Origin: an uncultured Alphaproteobacteria bacterium
GTDB lineage: Bacteria; Pseudomonadota; Alphaproteobacteria; SMXQ01
Length of the DNA stretch: 64,000 bases
Direction of reading: 5' to 3'
NCBI GenBank assembly: GCA_963752345.1
Contig: CAVVYA010000014.1
Span: forward strand, 102,310-166,309
Position 1 is the stretch's first letter, and each line of letters opens with the position of its first letter. Under the pieces are notes generated by a model. The model was not told where the DNA came from, ran no database searches, and worked only from the letters and a program-made list of their open reading frames with translations. The position numbers were made by a program, and so were the translations under genes. Shown here in pieces: positions 35,944-48,208 of the stretch.

Positions 35944-37092
35944 TCAGAACAGGTGGCCGCTGCGGGTCGCCTTGGTCGCGAGGTATTTCGCGTTATGCGC
36001 CGTGGCCGGAAAAGCGTGCGGCACGCGCTCGACCACCTCGATGCCGCAGGCGGCGAGCGCCGCGACCTTGCCCGGATTGTTGGTCAGCAAGCGAACCTTG
36101 GTGAATCCCAGGTCGCGCAAAATCGAAGCCGCCGGCAGATAGACCCGCTCGTCGGCATCGAAGCCGAGCTGCTCGTTGGCGTCGATCGTGTCGGCGCCGT
36201 CGTCCTGCAGTTGATAGGCGCGCAGCTTGTTGACCAGGCCGATGCCGCGGCCCTCTTGCGCGAGGTAAATCAGCACGCCGCTGCCGGCCTGGGAAATCGC
36301 CGCGATCGCGCCGCGCAACTGATCGCCGCAATCGCAGCGCAGGCTGCCGAGCAGGTCGCCCGTGAAGCATTCCGAATGGAGCCGCACCAGGACGGGCGCG
36401 TCGGTGCGCGGCTCGCCGATGACGATGGCGAGATGCTCGATGCCGCCGTCGCTCGGGCGATAGGCGACGATCCGCGCGTCGTCCGCTTCGGCCAGCGGCA
36501 CCCGGGCCTGGCTCACGGCCTTGAGGCTGCGCGCGGCGCGCTGGTCATAGTCGATGATCTCGCCGGCATCCACGGCGAGCAGACCGTGGCTCTGCGACCA
36601 GGCCAGCGGATCGGACGCGGTGACCGGTGCGATCAAGGCAGCCGGCAGCAGCCGCGCGATCTTGGTCAGGCGCACGGCGGCAAGCGTGCAGCTCTGCAGC
36701 TCGCCGTCGAGCCGGCGCCGCGGCGGCAGGCGGAACGAAATGGTCGATGCCGGATCGGCGATGTCGCGCACCGATTGGGCCGGCGTGCCCTCCGGAAGAT
36801 CGAGGGTGATGACGGATCCCGCGTCTTCGCCGATGCGCAGGGCCGCTGCCCGCTGTCCGGTCACGGCCAGCAGCGGCGGCGCTCCGCTGAGCGCGCCGAG
36901 GCGCTCCAGGCTCTGCGGCGTAACCGCCTCGGCCGCCTGGATCAGCAAAGCACCCCCGTCGCCCGCGCAGCGCACCACGGCGAACCCGCCGCGGCGCAGA
37001 TCGGCGACCGCGCGGTCGACCGCGAGCAGGCTGTCGCCGCCGGTTGCGGCGGCGGGGTTTCCGGCATTCGTCGGGCTGGTCTGGCTGGTCAT
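35944..37092 (-). CDS. ribA: GTP cyclohydrolase II with a degenerate N-terminal DHBP-synthase-like (RibB-like) domain.
   Basis: C-terminal RLHSECFTGDLLGSLRCDCGDQL zinc motif. The N-terminal 170 aa resemble RibB (LIQAAEAVTPQSL) but lack the RENEGDL catalytic motif. Confidence 0.75.
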   Translation of the reverse strand: MTSQTSPTNAGNPAAATGGDSLLAVDRAVADLRRGGFAVVRCAGDGGALLIQAAEAVTPQSLERLGALSGAPPLLAVTGQRAAALRIGEDAGSVITLDLPEGTPAQSVRDIADPASTISFRLPPRRRLDGELQSCTLAAVRLTKIARLLPAALIAPVTASDPLAWSQSHGLLAVDAGEIIDYDQRAARSLKAVSQARVPLAEADDARIVAYRPSDGGIEHLAIVIGEPRTDAPVLVRLHSECFTGDLLGSLRCDCGDQLRGAIAAISQAGSGVLIYLAQEGRGIGLVNKLRAYQLQDDGADTIDANEQLGFDADERVYLPAASILRDLGFTKVRLLTNNPGKVAALAACGIEVVERVPHAFPATAHNAKYLATKATRSGHLF

Positions 37093-37349
37093 AAGTAATG
37101 ATCGTCGGAAGCGGATCGATGAACAGGCACTGTGTGGGTCGCCGCGCGGTGCGGGAACCCGCTCTGACGCGCGGATTTGATTAACACGGGCCAGCCGTCA
37201 TGGCCACCCCCTGGCTGCGGAGCCGGCCGCCGGTTCCGCGCGGCGCCATGGCGGTGTTCATCCGCCGGGCGCTGTTGCGAGTATAATATGATCAGGTATC
37301 CTGCGCCTGGCGGCGTGGGCGCATGGTGTGCCGCGAGGGGCAATTGACG

Positions 37350-38036
37350 ATGAATGACAAACGGGTCCTGTTGGTCGACGACGATGGCGAACTGCGCGGC
37401 GCGCTGGCGGAGCAGTTGCGTCTGCATGAGGAGTTCACCACGGCGGAAGCCGACACGGCCGCCAAGGCGCTCGAGATCAGCAAGGCGGATTACTTCGACG
37501 CCATCATTCTCGACGTCGGTTTGCCCGACATGGATGGCCGCGAGGTTTGCCGGCTGATGCGCCGCACCGGCGTCAAATGCCCGATCATCATGCTGACCGG
37601 CGCGGATTCCGAATCCGACACCATCCTGGGCCTCGATTCTGGGGCTAACGACTACATTACCAAGCCGTTCCGCCTGGGCGTGCTGCTCGCCCGCCTGCGC
37701 GCGCAATTGCGCCAGCACGAGCAGAGCGAGGACGCGGTGTTCGCCATCGGGCCCTACAGTTTCCATCCGGCGGCCAAGCTGCTGCAGGAGCCCGCCGGCA
37801 AGAAAAAGATCCGCCTCACCGAAAAGGAAACGGCGATCCTCAAATATCTTTATCGCGCCAAGGACAAGGTGGTCGGGCGCGACACCCTGCTCGGCGAGGT
37901 GTGGGGCTACAATGCCGGCGTCACGACCCACACGCTGGAGACCCACATCTACCGGTTGCGCCAGAAGATCGAACGGGATCCGACGGCGGCCGAGATTCTT
38001 CTCACCGAACGCGGCGGCTACCGCCTGGCGCCTTAA
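37350..38036 (+). CDS. OmpR-family response regulator (receiver plus winged helix). No adjacent kinase.
   Basis: VLLVDDD...DAIILDVGLPDMDG...MLTG...DYITKPF, then a trans_reg_C-like C-terminus (THIYRLRQKI). Confidence 0.8.
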   Translation: MNDKRVLLVDDDGELRGALAEQLRLHEEFTTAEADTAAKALEISKADYFDAIILDVGLPDMDGREVCRLMRRTGVKCPIIMLTGADSESDTILGLDSGANDYITKPFRLGVLLARLRAQLRQHEQSEDAVFAIGPYSFHPAAKLLQEPAGKKKIRLTEKETAILKYLYRAKDKVVGRDTLLGEVWGYNAGVTTHTLETHIYRLRQKIERDPTAAEILLTERGGYRLAP

Positions 38037-38076
38037 CGCATCTGCAGGAGAGAGAACTTGGCCGTGGCGTGATCCG

Positions 38077-38871
38077 TCACTTCAGCGTGACGATCACCGG
38101 CACATGGTCCGACGGCAACTGCCAGCCGCGCGCGTCGCGGATCACGTCGGCGCGGACCAGGTCGTTTTGCACACCCGGTGTGACCCAGATATGGTCGAGC
38201 CGGCGGCCCTTGTCGGCGGCGTCCCAGTCCTGCGCGCGATAGCTCCACCAGGTGAAGAGTTGGCGCTCGGGCGGAATGAAATGGCGCACCGCGTCGACCC
38301 AATGGTGCGAGCGCTGCACCTTGGCGAGACGATCGACCTCGACCGGCGTGTGGCTCACCACCTTGAGCAGCGCCTTGTGCGACCAGACGTCGGTTTCGAG
38401 CGGCGCGATATTGAGATCGCCGACCAGGATCATGCGGTTCTTCGGATTGGCGCGCGCCGTGAACCAGGTCTCCATCTCGTCGAGGAAGCGCAGCTTGTGG
38501 GCGAACTTCACGTTCACCGCCGGATCGGGAATGTCGCCGCCCGCCGGTACGTAGAAGTTGTGGATCTCGGTGCCGTCCGCCAGCACGGCGATGGAATGGC
38601 GGCAATCGTCCTTCTCGCACCATTGACGCGCGTCGCCGGCGGTGAACGGCACCTTCGAGAGAATGGCCGTGCCGTTGTAGCTCTTCATGCCCTGGGCATG
38701 GATATGCGGAAAGCCGAGCTCGCGCAGCGCGTCGAACGGAAACACGTCGTTGTGCGCCTTGGTCTCCTGCAGGCAGAGCACGTCGATCTCGCTGGCGCTG
38801 ATGAACTGCCGCACCATCTCGATGCGCAGGCGAACGGAATTGATGTTCCAGGTGGCAACACGAAGGGTCAT
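38077..38871 (-). CDS. xth: Exodeoxyribonuclease III.
   Basis: MTLRVATWNINSVRLR...CLQETK...LPSDHVPV. Confidence 0.85.
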   Translation of the reverse strand: MTLRVATWNINSVRLRIEMVRQFISASEIDVLCLQETKAHNDVFPFDALRELGFPHIHAQGMKSYNGTAILSKVPFTAGDARQWCEKDDCRHSIAVLADGTEIHNFYVPAGGDIPDPAVNVKFAHKLRFLDEMETWFTARANPKNRMILVGDLNIAPLETDVWSHKALLKVVSHTPVEVDRLAKVQRSHHWVDAVRHFIPPERQLFTWWSYRAQDWDAADKGRRLDHIWVTPGVQNDLVRADVIRDARGWQLPSDHVPVIVTLK

Positions 38872-38883
38872 GGGTGAACCGAT

Positions 38884-39561
38884 TCAGGCGATGGTGACGA
38901 GGAGCGATCCGAGGCCGTCGATGCGGCCGTCCAGCGCATCGCCCGGCCGCAGCTGGATTTCGCCGGTCGGCGTACCGGTGAAGATGAGATCGCCCGGCCG
39001 CAGCGTCACGAAGCGGCTGAGCATGGCGACGAGCGTGAGCGGCGTCCACGCCATCTGCGACAGCTCGCCGTCCTGGGCGCGCGTGCCGTTGACGTCGAGC
39101 GTGATGGCGCCGCGTTCGGGATGGCCGACGGTCTCGGCCATGTGAATCGCGCCGATCGGCGAGGCGCCGTCGAAGGTCTTCGCCATGTCCCACGGCTTGC
39201 CCTCGTTGCGCGCGGCACGCTGGATATCGCGCCGGGTCATGTCGAGCCCGACCGCGTAGCCGAACACGATGCGCTTGGCGGCCTCGGCATCCGCGAGACC
39301 GCGTGCTTCGCCGCCGATCGCCACCACCAGCTCGATTTCCGGTTCGAGCATTTTGGTGGCGCTCGGATAGGCCATGATCGCGCCGCTCTCGATCGCCGTG
39401 TGGCTGCCCTTGGTGAAGACCGCCGGCTCGGCGCGGTTCGCGCCATAGGTGCCGGTAAAGGCGTAGATCGCGCCGACCGGAAAACGCATCGCGCTGCCGG
39501 CGATCGGCAAGCTGGGCAGCGACGGTGTCGCGAAAGCGAGGGAGGCTGTGCGCTCGGTCAT
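38884..39561 (-). CDS. Fumarylacetoacetate hydrolase (FAH) family protein.
   Basis: EPEIELVVAIGG...VFGYAVGLDMTRRD...PGDLIFTGTPTG. Confidence 0.7.
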   Translation of the reverse strand: MTERTASLAFATPSLPSLPIAGSAMRFPVGAIYAFTGTYGANRAEPAVFTKGSHTAIESGAIMAYPSATKMLEPEIELVVAIGGEARGLADAEAAKRIVFGYAVGLDMTRRDIQRAARNEGKPWDMAKTFDGASPIGAIHMAETVGHPERGAITLDVNGTRAQDGELSQMAWTPLTLVAMLSRFVTLRPGDLIFTGTPTGEIQLRPGDALDGRIDGLGSLLVTIA

Positions 39562-39930
39562 GCGGGCTCGTGTTGGGCATCGCGCGCGGACGGCGGCGCG
39601 CCGGGATGGCCTACTTAACGCAAGCCGGGCGCGCTGACCAGCCTGCCAGGCGGCGGTCGAAATCGCGGACGAACATTCGATACAAGCGAAGCTGAGCGGG
39701 CCGGCGCTGAAAAGTTCCAGGATCCGTACAAGCGGACGCCCGACCAGAGGGGGTGATGGCCGGGCGTCCATGGCTCGATCGAGCCGGGAGGGCGGCAGGG
39801 GAACCGCCCTCAGCGAAGTCGGCGCTTCGCACTTCCAGTTATGTGGGAAGCCTTTTGTCGGGTTCAATGAGGCGAAATTCGGATTTCACCGGGCCCCATA
39901 GTTCCCCTCTTCACTTCGCCGTGAGCGGCC

Positions 39931-40608
39931 TCAGCGGTCGAGGCGCTCGCGCGGCGGCGGGTCGAAGGCGAACAGCTTCTTGTCCAACGGCACGCCGAAT
40001 TGCGGATCGACCAGGGTGATTCGGGTGACGGCCCCTTGCGCGTCCGTGACGCTCCATTGGCGCAACTGCAGAGGCTCGTCGCTGAACACCAGCGTGAGAC
40101 GGCCGGCCTGCGGTTCGTCGGCCTTGACCAGGGTGACGCGGATGACGCCTTTCTGCTGCTGCAGGTCGGTCACCACCACATCGCCCGAGAGCCGGATCTG
40201 GTCGCGCACGAGGAACCCGGCGAGGCTGCTCGACAGCGGGATGTAGCTCGTCTGATTGAGCTTTTTCTCGTGATAGACGAGCAGACTGCCGGTCGTGACG
40301 ATGAGGTGCGGCACCGGCGGGTCGTATTCGATGCGCATCAGGCCGGGGCGCGAGATCAGCACGTCGCCCTGCGCGTTGCTGCCGTCGTCGGCGACCTGGA
40401 GGAACCGGGCGCGCAGGGTGCGGATGCTGTTGAGATAGCTCTCGACCCGCGCCAGCTCGGCCGTTTGCTTGTCGTCGAGCTTGGCCGGAACCGCCCTGGC
40501 CGCGGCAAGGGCGCCGCCCAGCGGCGCGGCGAGCAGGCTGGCGGCGCCAATCAGCAGGGTGGCGACGAGAGCGGCGCGGCGCGTCGGCCGCGTCAGGATG
40601 TCAAACAT
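39931..40608 (-). CDS. lolA: Outer-membrane lipoprotein carrier protein LolA.
   Basis: Signal peptide. 225 aa ORF; the conserved gene order places lolA immediately downstream of ftsK. Confidence 0.7.
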   Translation of the reverse strand: MFDILTRPTRRAALVATLLIGAASLLAAPLGGALAAARAVPAKLDDKQTAELARVESYLNSIRTLRARFLQVADDGSNAQGDVLISRPGLMRIEYDPPVPHLIVTTGSLLVYHEKKLNQTSYIPLSSSLAGFLVRDQIRLSGDVVVTDLQQQKGVIRVTLVKADEPQAGRLTLVFSDEPLQLRQWSVTDAQGAVTRITLVDPQFGVPLDKKLFAFDPPPRERLDR

Positions 40609-40686
40609 GGGACTTCTGCCGTGACATTGAAAAAAACGATCGGTGGCTCCGGCTTGGCGCGCTTCGGCGGCCGTCGAACGGCGGGT

Positions 40687-43131
40687 TCAGCGGTCGTCGA
40701 TGTTGCGCCCGAGCACCTCGCGTTTGCCGACATGGTTGGCCGTGCTGATGACGCCTTCCGTTTCCATGCGTTCGATGATGCGCGCCGCGCGGTTGTAGCC
40801 GATCTGGAGATGCCGCTGCACGAAGCTGGTCGATGCCTTGCGCTCGCGGCACACCAGGGCCACCGCCTGATCATATAGGGCGTCGCCCGACCCTTCGCCA
40901 GCCCCGAAGCCCGGCAGCAGCCCGCTGTCGTCGTCCTCGGTGACGGCTTCGAGATAGTCCGGCTCGCCCTGGCTTTTCAGGGCATTGACCACCTTCTCGA
41001 CCTCGCGGTCGGAGACGAAGGGGCCGTGCACGCGCGAGATCCGCCCGCCGCCCGCCATATAGAGCATGTCGCCCTGGCCGAGCAGCTGCTCGCCGCCCGG
41101 CTCGCCCAGGATGGTGCGGCTGTCGATCTTCGAGGTGACCTGGAAGCTGATGCGGGTCGGGAAGTTGGCCTTGATGGTGCCGGTGATGACGTCGACCGAG
41201 GGGCGCTGGGTCGCCATGATGATATGGATGCCCGCGGCGCGCGCCATCTGGGCCAGGCGCTGCACGGCGGCTTCGACGTCCTTGCCGGCGACCATCATGA
41301 GGTCGGCCATCTCGTCGACGATGACGACGATATAGGGCAGCGGGCTGAGATCGAGCGGCTGCTCCTCGAAGATCGGCTTGCCGGTTTCCGGCTCGAAGCC
41401 GGTCTGCACCGTGCGCAGCAGCTTCTCGCCTTTGCGCGCCGCCTCGGTCAGCCGCTGGTTGTAGCCGATGATGTTGCGCACGCCGAGCTGCGACATGGCG
41501 CGGTAGCGGTTCTCCATCTCCTTGACGGTCCAGCGCAGCGCGACCACCGCCTTGCCCGGCTCGGTGACCACCGGGGCGAGCAGGTGAGGAATGCCGTCAT
41601 AGACCGACAGCTCGAGCATCTTGGGATCGATCATGATGAACTTGCACTCGTCCGGCGACAGCCGGTAGAGCAGCGACAGGATCATCGTGTTGATGCCGAC
41701 CGACTTGCCCGAGCCGGTGGTGCCGGCGATCAGCAGGTGGGGCATGCGGGCGATGTCGGCGATCACCGGCGCGCCGCTGATATCCTTGCCGAGCACCAGG
41801 GCGAGCTTGGTCGGCGTGCGCTCGTATTCCTCCGACGACAGCAGTTCGCGCAGATAGACCGTCTCGCGCCGCGCGTTGGGCAGTTCGATGCCGATGACAT
41901 TGCGCCCCGGGATGACGGCGATGCGCGCCGAGACCGCGCTCATCGAGCGCGCGATGTCGTCGGCCAGGCCGATGACGCGCGACGCCTTGATGCCGGGCGC
42001 CGGCTCTAGTTCATAGAGCGTGACCACCGGGCCGGGCCGCACCTTGAGGATCTCGCCCTTGACGCCGAAATCCTCGAGCACCGATTTGAGCATCTTGGCG
42101 TTCTGCTCGAGCGCATCCTTGCTGACGCTGGGGTCCTCGCGATTCTCCGGCGGCAGCTCGAGAATATCGAGCGGCGGCAGCTGATATTCGCCGTCCTTGA
42201 GGTCGAGCGTGGTCTGGCGCCCGCCACTGTTGCGCTTGCCGGGCTTGGCGCGGGCCGGCTTGGCCTCGACCAGCGGCTCGTCGTCGTCGCGAGGCCGTTC
42301 GCGCGCCGCGCGTCCCTTGACTACGGGGCGCGGGTCGGCGAAATCCTCCTCGAGATCGACGTCGATCTGGTCGAGATCGTCGTCGTCTCTGTCGTCCGGC
42401 GAAAAGCGCGGCTCGACGCGGCGGCGCTTGCCGAAGCGCCGTCTTGGCGCGGGCCGCCAGGTCGCTGCCGACGCGCACGCCGGCGCGGCCGGCTTCCAGG
42501 CTGGCGCGCGTGCCGGTGCCGGCGACCCAGAACAGGCCGGTGATGCCGCGCCGCCATTCGGCGAAGGAGAAGCCGAGCGCGCCGACCCAGGCGGCAACGC
42601 CGAGCGCGCCGGCGACGGCGGCGAGCGCCATGGCGCCCGGGCGCAGGTCGGCCAATCCGATCAGGGTCATGACGCTTTTCAGGAAGCTCGAGCCGACCAC
42701 GCCGCCCAAGCTGGCGCGCAGCGGCCAACTGTCGGGCGTCGGCAGGGCGGCGAGCGCCGCGGCGGCGAGCAGCACGGCAACCGGCAGCAGGGCGATGCGC
42801 AGCCAAGCCCTCGGCAGGTCGCGCCGCGTCACCAGGTGCCAGCCCCAGGCGGCCAACACGATGGCCGGCACCAGGGCGGCGACGCCCATCATCTGCAGCA
42901 GCCAGTCGGCGGTCCAGGCGCCGTTGGCGCCGAGCCAGTTGTGCACCGGGCCGGCGGCCGCGCGGTTGGCCGATGGATCGAGCGAGGAATAGCTGACGAG
43001 CGCCACGAACAGCGCCGCGCCGACCAGCAGCAGGATCAGGCCGCACGCCTCGAGCAGACGGCGGCGCACGAAGGCGCTCAGCGCCGGCGGCAGGAAAGGC
43101 GATTTACCCAGATCGACGGTCGAACGTGCCA
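40687..43131 (-). CDS. ftsK: DNA translocase FtsK, with frameshifts near 42000-42600.
   Basis: N-terminal transmembrane region ([21 protein letters not shown]...). Motor domain [28 protein letters not shown]-terminal gamma domain. Confidence 0.85.
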
Positions 43132-43212
43132 TGACACCCGCTACTCGTTGGCGCGGCATTTTACCCGATCGGGACTCGCATGCATACCAACCGTGTGACC
43201 GCCGGCACCGGA

Positions 43213-43560
43213 TCAGACATAAAGACCGATGAGCGCCGCGAGCTTCGCTCGTGCCTCGGCGAGGATCGCGGTCGGCACGGAAGCGCCGGCATATGCGATC
43301 GAACGCGCCGATGTGTCGATGCTGCGGACATGGCTCGTCAGGATCTCGCCGGTGATCGGCAAGCCGCCGGGCAGAACGACGCTGCTTGCGAACGGCCGCA
43401 CCGTCGATGTGATCGGGCAGACGATGGCGAAACGGCTCGCGCGGTAGAAGGCGACGGGGGACACCACGAGCGCCGGGCGCCGCCCGCTCTGCTCACGCCC
43501 GGTTCGAGGATCGAAATCGGTCCAGATCAGATCGCCGCCGTCGGGGGCGTAGTCGCTCAC
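43213..43560 (-). CDS. mazF: MazF/PemK-family type II toxin.
   Basis: YAPDGGDLIWTDFDPRTGREQSGRRPALVVSP...AIVCPITS. Confidence 0.7.
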   Translation of the reverse strand: MSDYAPDGGDLIWTDFDPRTGREQSGRRPALVVSPVAFYRASRFAIVCPITSTVRPFASSVVLPGGLPITGEILTSHVRSIDTSARSIAYAGASVPTAILAEARAKLAALIGLYV

Positions 43561-43799
43561 TCGACGACCTCGTCGCCCACCTCGGGCCCCCAATCGAACG
43601 CCTCGTGCATCGCGTCCGGCGTCATGCCGACGAGCAGCTCGTCCAAGGTGTAAACCGGCCGCTCGGCCGAAATGATGATGCGGTCCCCGTCGGCGGTCAC
43701 CTCGACCCGCGAGCCTTCGGTGAGGCCGACGCGCGTCGCGACCTCCTTCGGCACGCGGATGCCGAGGCTATTGCCCCATTTCGTGACTTGCACCTGCAT
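43557..43799 (-). CDS. mazE: AbrB/MazE-family antitoxin.
   Basis: MQVQVTKWGNSLGIRVPKEVA (SpoVT/AbrB fold). Its stop overlaps the toxin start by 4 nt. Confidence 0.7.
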   Translation of the reverse strand: MQVQVTKWGNSLGIRVPKEVATRVGLTEGSRVEVTADGDRIIISAERPVYTLDELLVGMTPDAMHEAFDWGPEVGDEVVE

Positions 43800-43857
43800 G
43801 ACCCGTCTCCTGGATATCCTGCGGATATCCTAATGGATATCCTAGAGATATACAAGG

Positions 43858-45222
43858 CTACGACAGCACCGCCGCCATGCGCGCGAGCGAGCTGCGCAAT
43901 ACCGCCTCGTCCTGCACCAGGGCGACGCGGATATAATCGGCGCCCGGCGCCGGGTCCTGCTCCGGACAGAGATAAGCGCCCGGCAGCACGCGGATCGCCG
44001 CCTCCTGCCACAGCCGCTTGCACGCGGCCTCCCCGTCGCCTGGATTTCCGCCGACATCGAGCCACAGGAAGAATCCGCCAGGCGGCCGGTAATAGCCGAG
44101 GCGGTTGCCGAGCGCGGCGTCGGCGATATCGAGCTTGCCGCGGTAGCGCGCGCGGTTGGCGATCACATGCTCCTCGTCGCGCCACAGCTCGGTCGCCGCA
44201 TGGATGATCGGCAGCGGCGTGGCGCAGGAGGCGAATTCGCGCAGTCGCGCGAAGGCGGCGATCAGCTTCGCGCCGCCGGCGACGAAACCCGAGCGCAGGC
44301 CGGCGCAGTTCGAGCGCTTCGAGGTCGAGTTGAACACCACCACATGGTCGAGCGCGCGCTGCGCATCGGCGCCGAACGTCGCGCAGGCTTCGAGCGCGCC
44401 GACCGGCGCTCCGCGGCGAAGCGCCGGCTGTTTTAAAGAAAGCGGGCCTTCGCCCGCGGGCTCGTCGTAGATCTCCGAATAGCATTCGTCGAACGCGACG
44501 ACGAAATCATGCTCCATGGCGCGCGCGATCAGCGCCTTGAGCGTGGCGAGATCGGCCTGCGATCCTTGCGGATTGGCCGGCGAGCAGAGATAGACCAGCG
44601 CCGTGCGCGCCCATACCTCGGCCGGCACCGCGCCATAGTCGGGCAAGAACCCCGTCGCCCGGGTCGCCGGCAGGAAGACCGGCTCGCCGCCCGCCATGAT
44701 GCCGGCGCCGGCATAGACGTGATAGAGCGGGTTGGGCACCAGCACGAGCGGCTTGCCGGCGCGGCCTGCGCGCCCCGACGGCGCGGGATTGTGGCCGTAG
44801 CTGCGCTGCCGCTCGACACGCTCGCGGGTCTTTCGCCCGATGGCGACGAGGCCGAACATGAAGATCGCCTCGCGCGTGCCCGCAACGGGGAGCAGATTCT
44901 TCTCGGCCTCGATGAAGCCGGCGGGCAGGCGGTAGCGCCGGGTCAGCCAGTCGGCCACGGCGCGGCGGAATTCCGGCGTGCCGCGCGACGGCGGATACTT
45001 GCCCCAGTCGGCCGCGCGCGCCGCCAGCACCTCGGCGACGAAGGCCGGCGGCGGATGCTGCGGCTCGCCGATCGACATCAGCACCGGCGGCACGCCCGCC
45101 GGCGGCGCGACATCCTCCAGCAGCCGGCGCAGCCGCGTGAAGGGATAGCCCGGCAGGGCTTCGAGACGGGAATTCAGCACGCGGCGGGGCCCTCGGAAGT
45201 TCAGAACTGGCGATGCGAGCAC
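43858..45222 (-). CDS. Class I/II PLP-dependent aminotransferase (DapC/AspC-like). Possible internal frameshifts.
   Basis: ...NPLYHVYAGA...FNSTSKRSNCAGLRSGF (lysine-bearing SxSK motif). Confidence 0.65.
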   Translation of the reverse strand: MLASPVLNFRGPRRVLNSRLEALPGYPFTRLRRLLEDVAPPAGVPPVLMSIGEPQHPPPAFVAEVLAARAADWGKYPPSRGTPEFRRAVADWLTRRYRLPAGFIEAEKNLLPVAGTREAIFMFGLVAIGRKTRERVERQRSYGHNPAPSGRAGRAGKPLVLVPNPLYHVYAGAGIMAGGEPVFLPATRATGFLPDYGAVPAEVWARTALVYLCSPANPQGSQADLATLKALIARAMEHDFVVAFDECYSEIYDEPAGEGPLSLKQPALRRGAPVGALEACATFGADAQRALDHVVVFNSTSKRSNCAGLRSGFVAGGAKLIAAFARLREFASCATPLPIIHAATELWRDEEHVIANRARYRGKLDIADAALGNRLGYYRPPGGFFLWLDVGGNPGDGEAACKRLWQEAAIRVLPGAYLCPEQDPAPGADYIRVALVQDEAVLRSSLARMAAVLS

Positions 45223-45350
45223 AAAACGGAAACATTCGGATTATAGGCGGATATCAACGCGCTACAACTTTCGATTATTTCATTTGTTGCGTTTATTGCA
45301 TTTAAAGGACTGCGGTCTTATATGTGGCCTGCAATATCTTGGGAGATTGG

Positions 45351-45803
45351 CTGTGATCACATTGCTCGACAAGCCCGTCACGGTGGTCCCGACCGAGCAG
45401 GATGTGGCGACCGCCACGGAATCGAGCCGGCTCTTGTCGAAAATCGACGGGAAGCAGGACCTTCGCGTTCGAACTCGAAACGGGTGAAATTCTTGTTCTT
45501 CCGAAGGCCGCCGCGCGCCTTCTTCATCATCTGCTGATCGAGATGTCCCGTGGCAATGCGGTCACTTTGATTCCGCTTCACGCCGAACTGACGACGCAGG
45601 AGGCCGCGGAATTTCTCAATGTGTCGCGTCCTCACGTGATCCGTCTTTTGGAAACAGGGAAGATGAAACATCGAAAGGTCGGGACACACCGCAGAATTAG
45701 ATTTTCCGACCTGCAGGAGTTCAAGAAGCGGCAAGACCAGGAATCGGATGCGGCGCTCGAGGAACTGGCAAAGCAGGCGCAAGAACTCGACATGGGTTAC
45801 TGA
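45351..45803 (+). CDS. HTH (excisionase/MerR-like) antitoxin, with a single-nucleotide frameshift near 45460.
   Basis: TTQEAAEFLNVSRPHVIRLLETGKMKHRKVGTHRRIRFSDLQEF is HTH_17-like. An AT-rich promoter lies upstream. Confidence 0.55.
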
Positions 45804-46373
45804 TTGTCCACATACGCTGTCGTCTACGACGCCTGCGTGTTCTATCCCGCCCCCGTGCGGGACCTGCTCGTTCAACTCGCAACCGCCGATCTTTTTCGCG
45901 CGCGTTGGACCGACGCGATCCACGAAGAGTGGATCGGGAGTGTCCTCAAGAATCGTCCAGACCTCACGCGCCAGCAATTGGAGCGAACGCGCGCCCTGAT
46001 GGATTCAGCCGTGATGGACTGCATCGTGAGCGGCTATGAATATCTTATTGCAAGCATCCACCTGCCTGACGCGGATGACCGACATGTGTTGGCTGCGGCA
46101 ATTCACGCCAAAGCAGACGCGGTGGTGACCTATAACCTGGCGGACTTTCCGCCGGACGTTCTCGCGAAGCACAATCTCGAAGCGATTCATCCCGACGATT
46201 TCATCAACTTTCAGATCGACCTGAACGAGTTGGCTGTGGTCAGAGCGGCGCAACGCTGCAGAGCGCGACTGAAGTCTCCTCCCAGGACGGCGGCGGAGTA
46301 CCTCGAGACATTGGCCGCTCTGCAGCTGCCGAAATCCACGAGACGTCTGAGCGAATGGGTATCAATGATCTGA
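45804..46373 (+). CDS. PIN-domain toxin, translationally coupled to the upstream HTH antitoxin.
   Basis: TTG start immediately after the antitoxin stop (TGATTG). Acidic residues VYDACVF, E, DADDRH and TYNLADF are arranged as in PIN nucleases. Confidence 0.65.
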   Translation: MSTYAVVYDACVFYPAPVRDLLVQLATADLFRARWTDAIHEEWIGSVLKNRPDLTRQQLERTRALMDSAVMDCIVSGYEYLIASIHLPDADDRHVLAAAIHAKADAVVTYNLADFPPDVLAKHNLEAIHPDDFINFQIDLNELAVVRAAQRCRARLKSPPRTAAEYLETLAALQLPKSTRRLSEWVSMI

Positions 46374-46390
46374 AGCCCTCTCGCCCATAG

Positions 46391-46420
46391 GAAAACGGCC
46401 GGCGAATTTCTCCGCCGGCC
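46391..46420 (-). terminator. Hairpin terminator between the PIN toxin gene and amtB-1 (convergent).
   Basis: GGCCGGCG-AATTTCTC-CGCCGGCC, followed by GTTTTC on the minus strand. Confidence 0.5.
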
Positions 46421-46454
46421 ACTCTCCTCACCTCTCTACGAATACATCTTCCTC

Positions 46455-48208
<1,754 letters not shown>

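Noticed and set aside
35446-37098. 550 aa plus-strand ORF.
   Set aside because: Antisense shadow of ribA and the intergenic region. No conserved motifs, whereas the minus strand encodes a clear GTP cyclohydrolase II.
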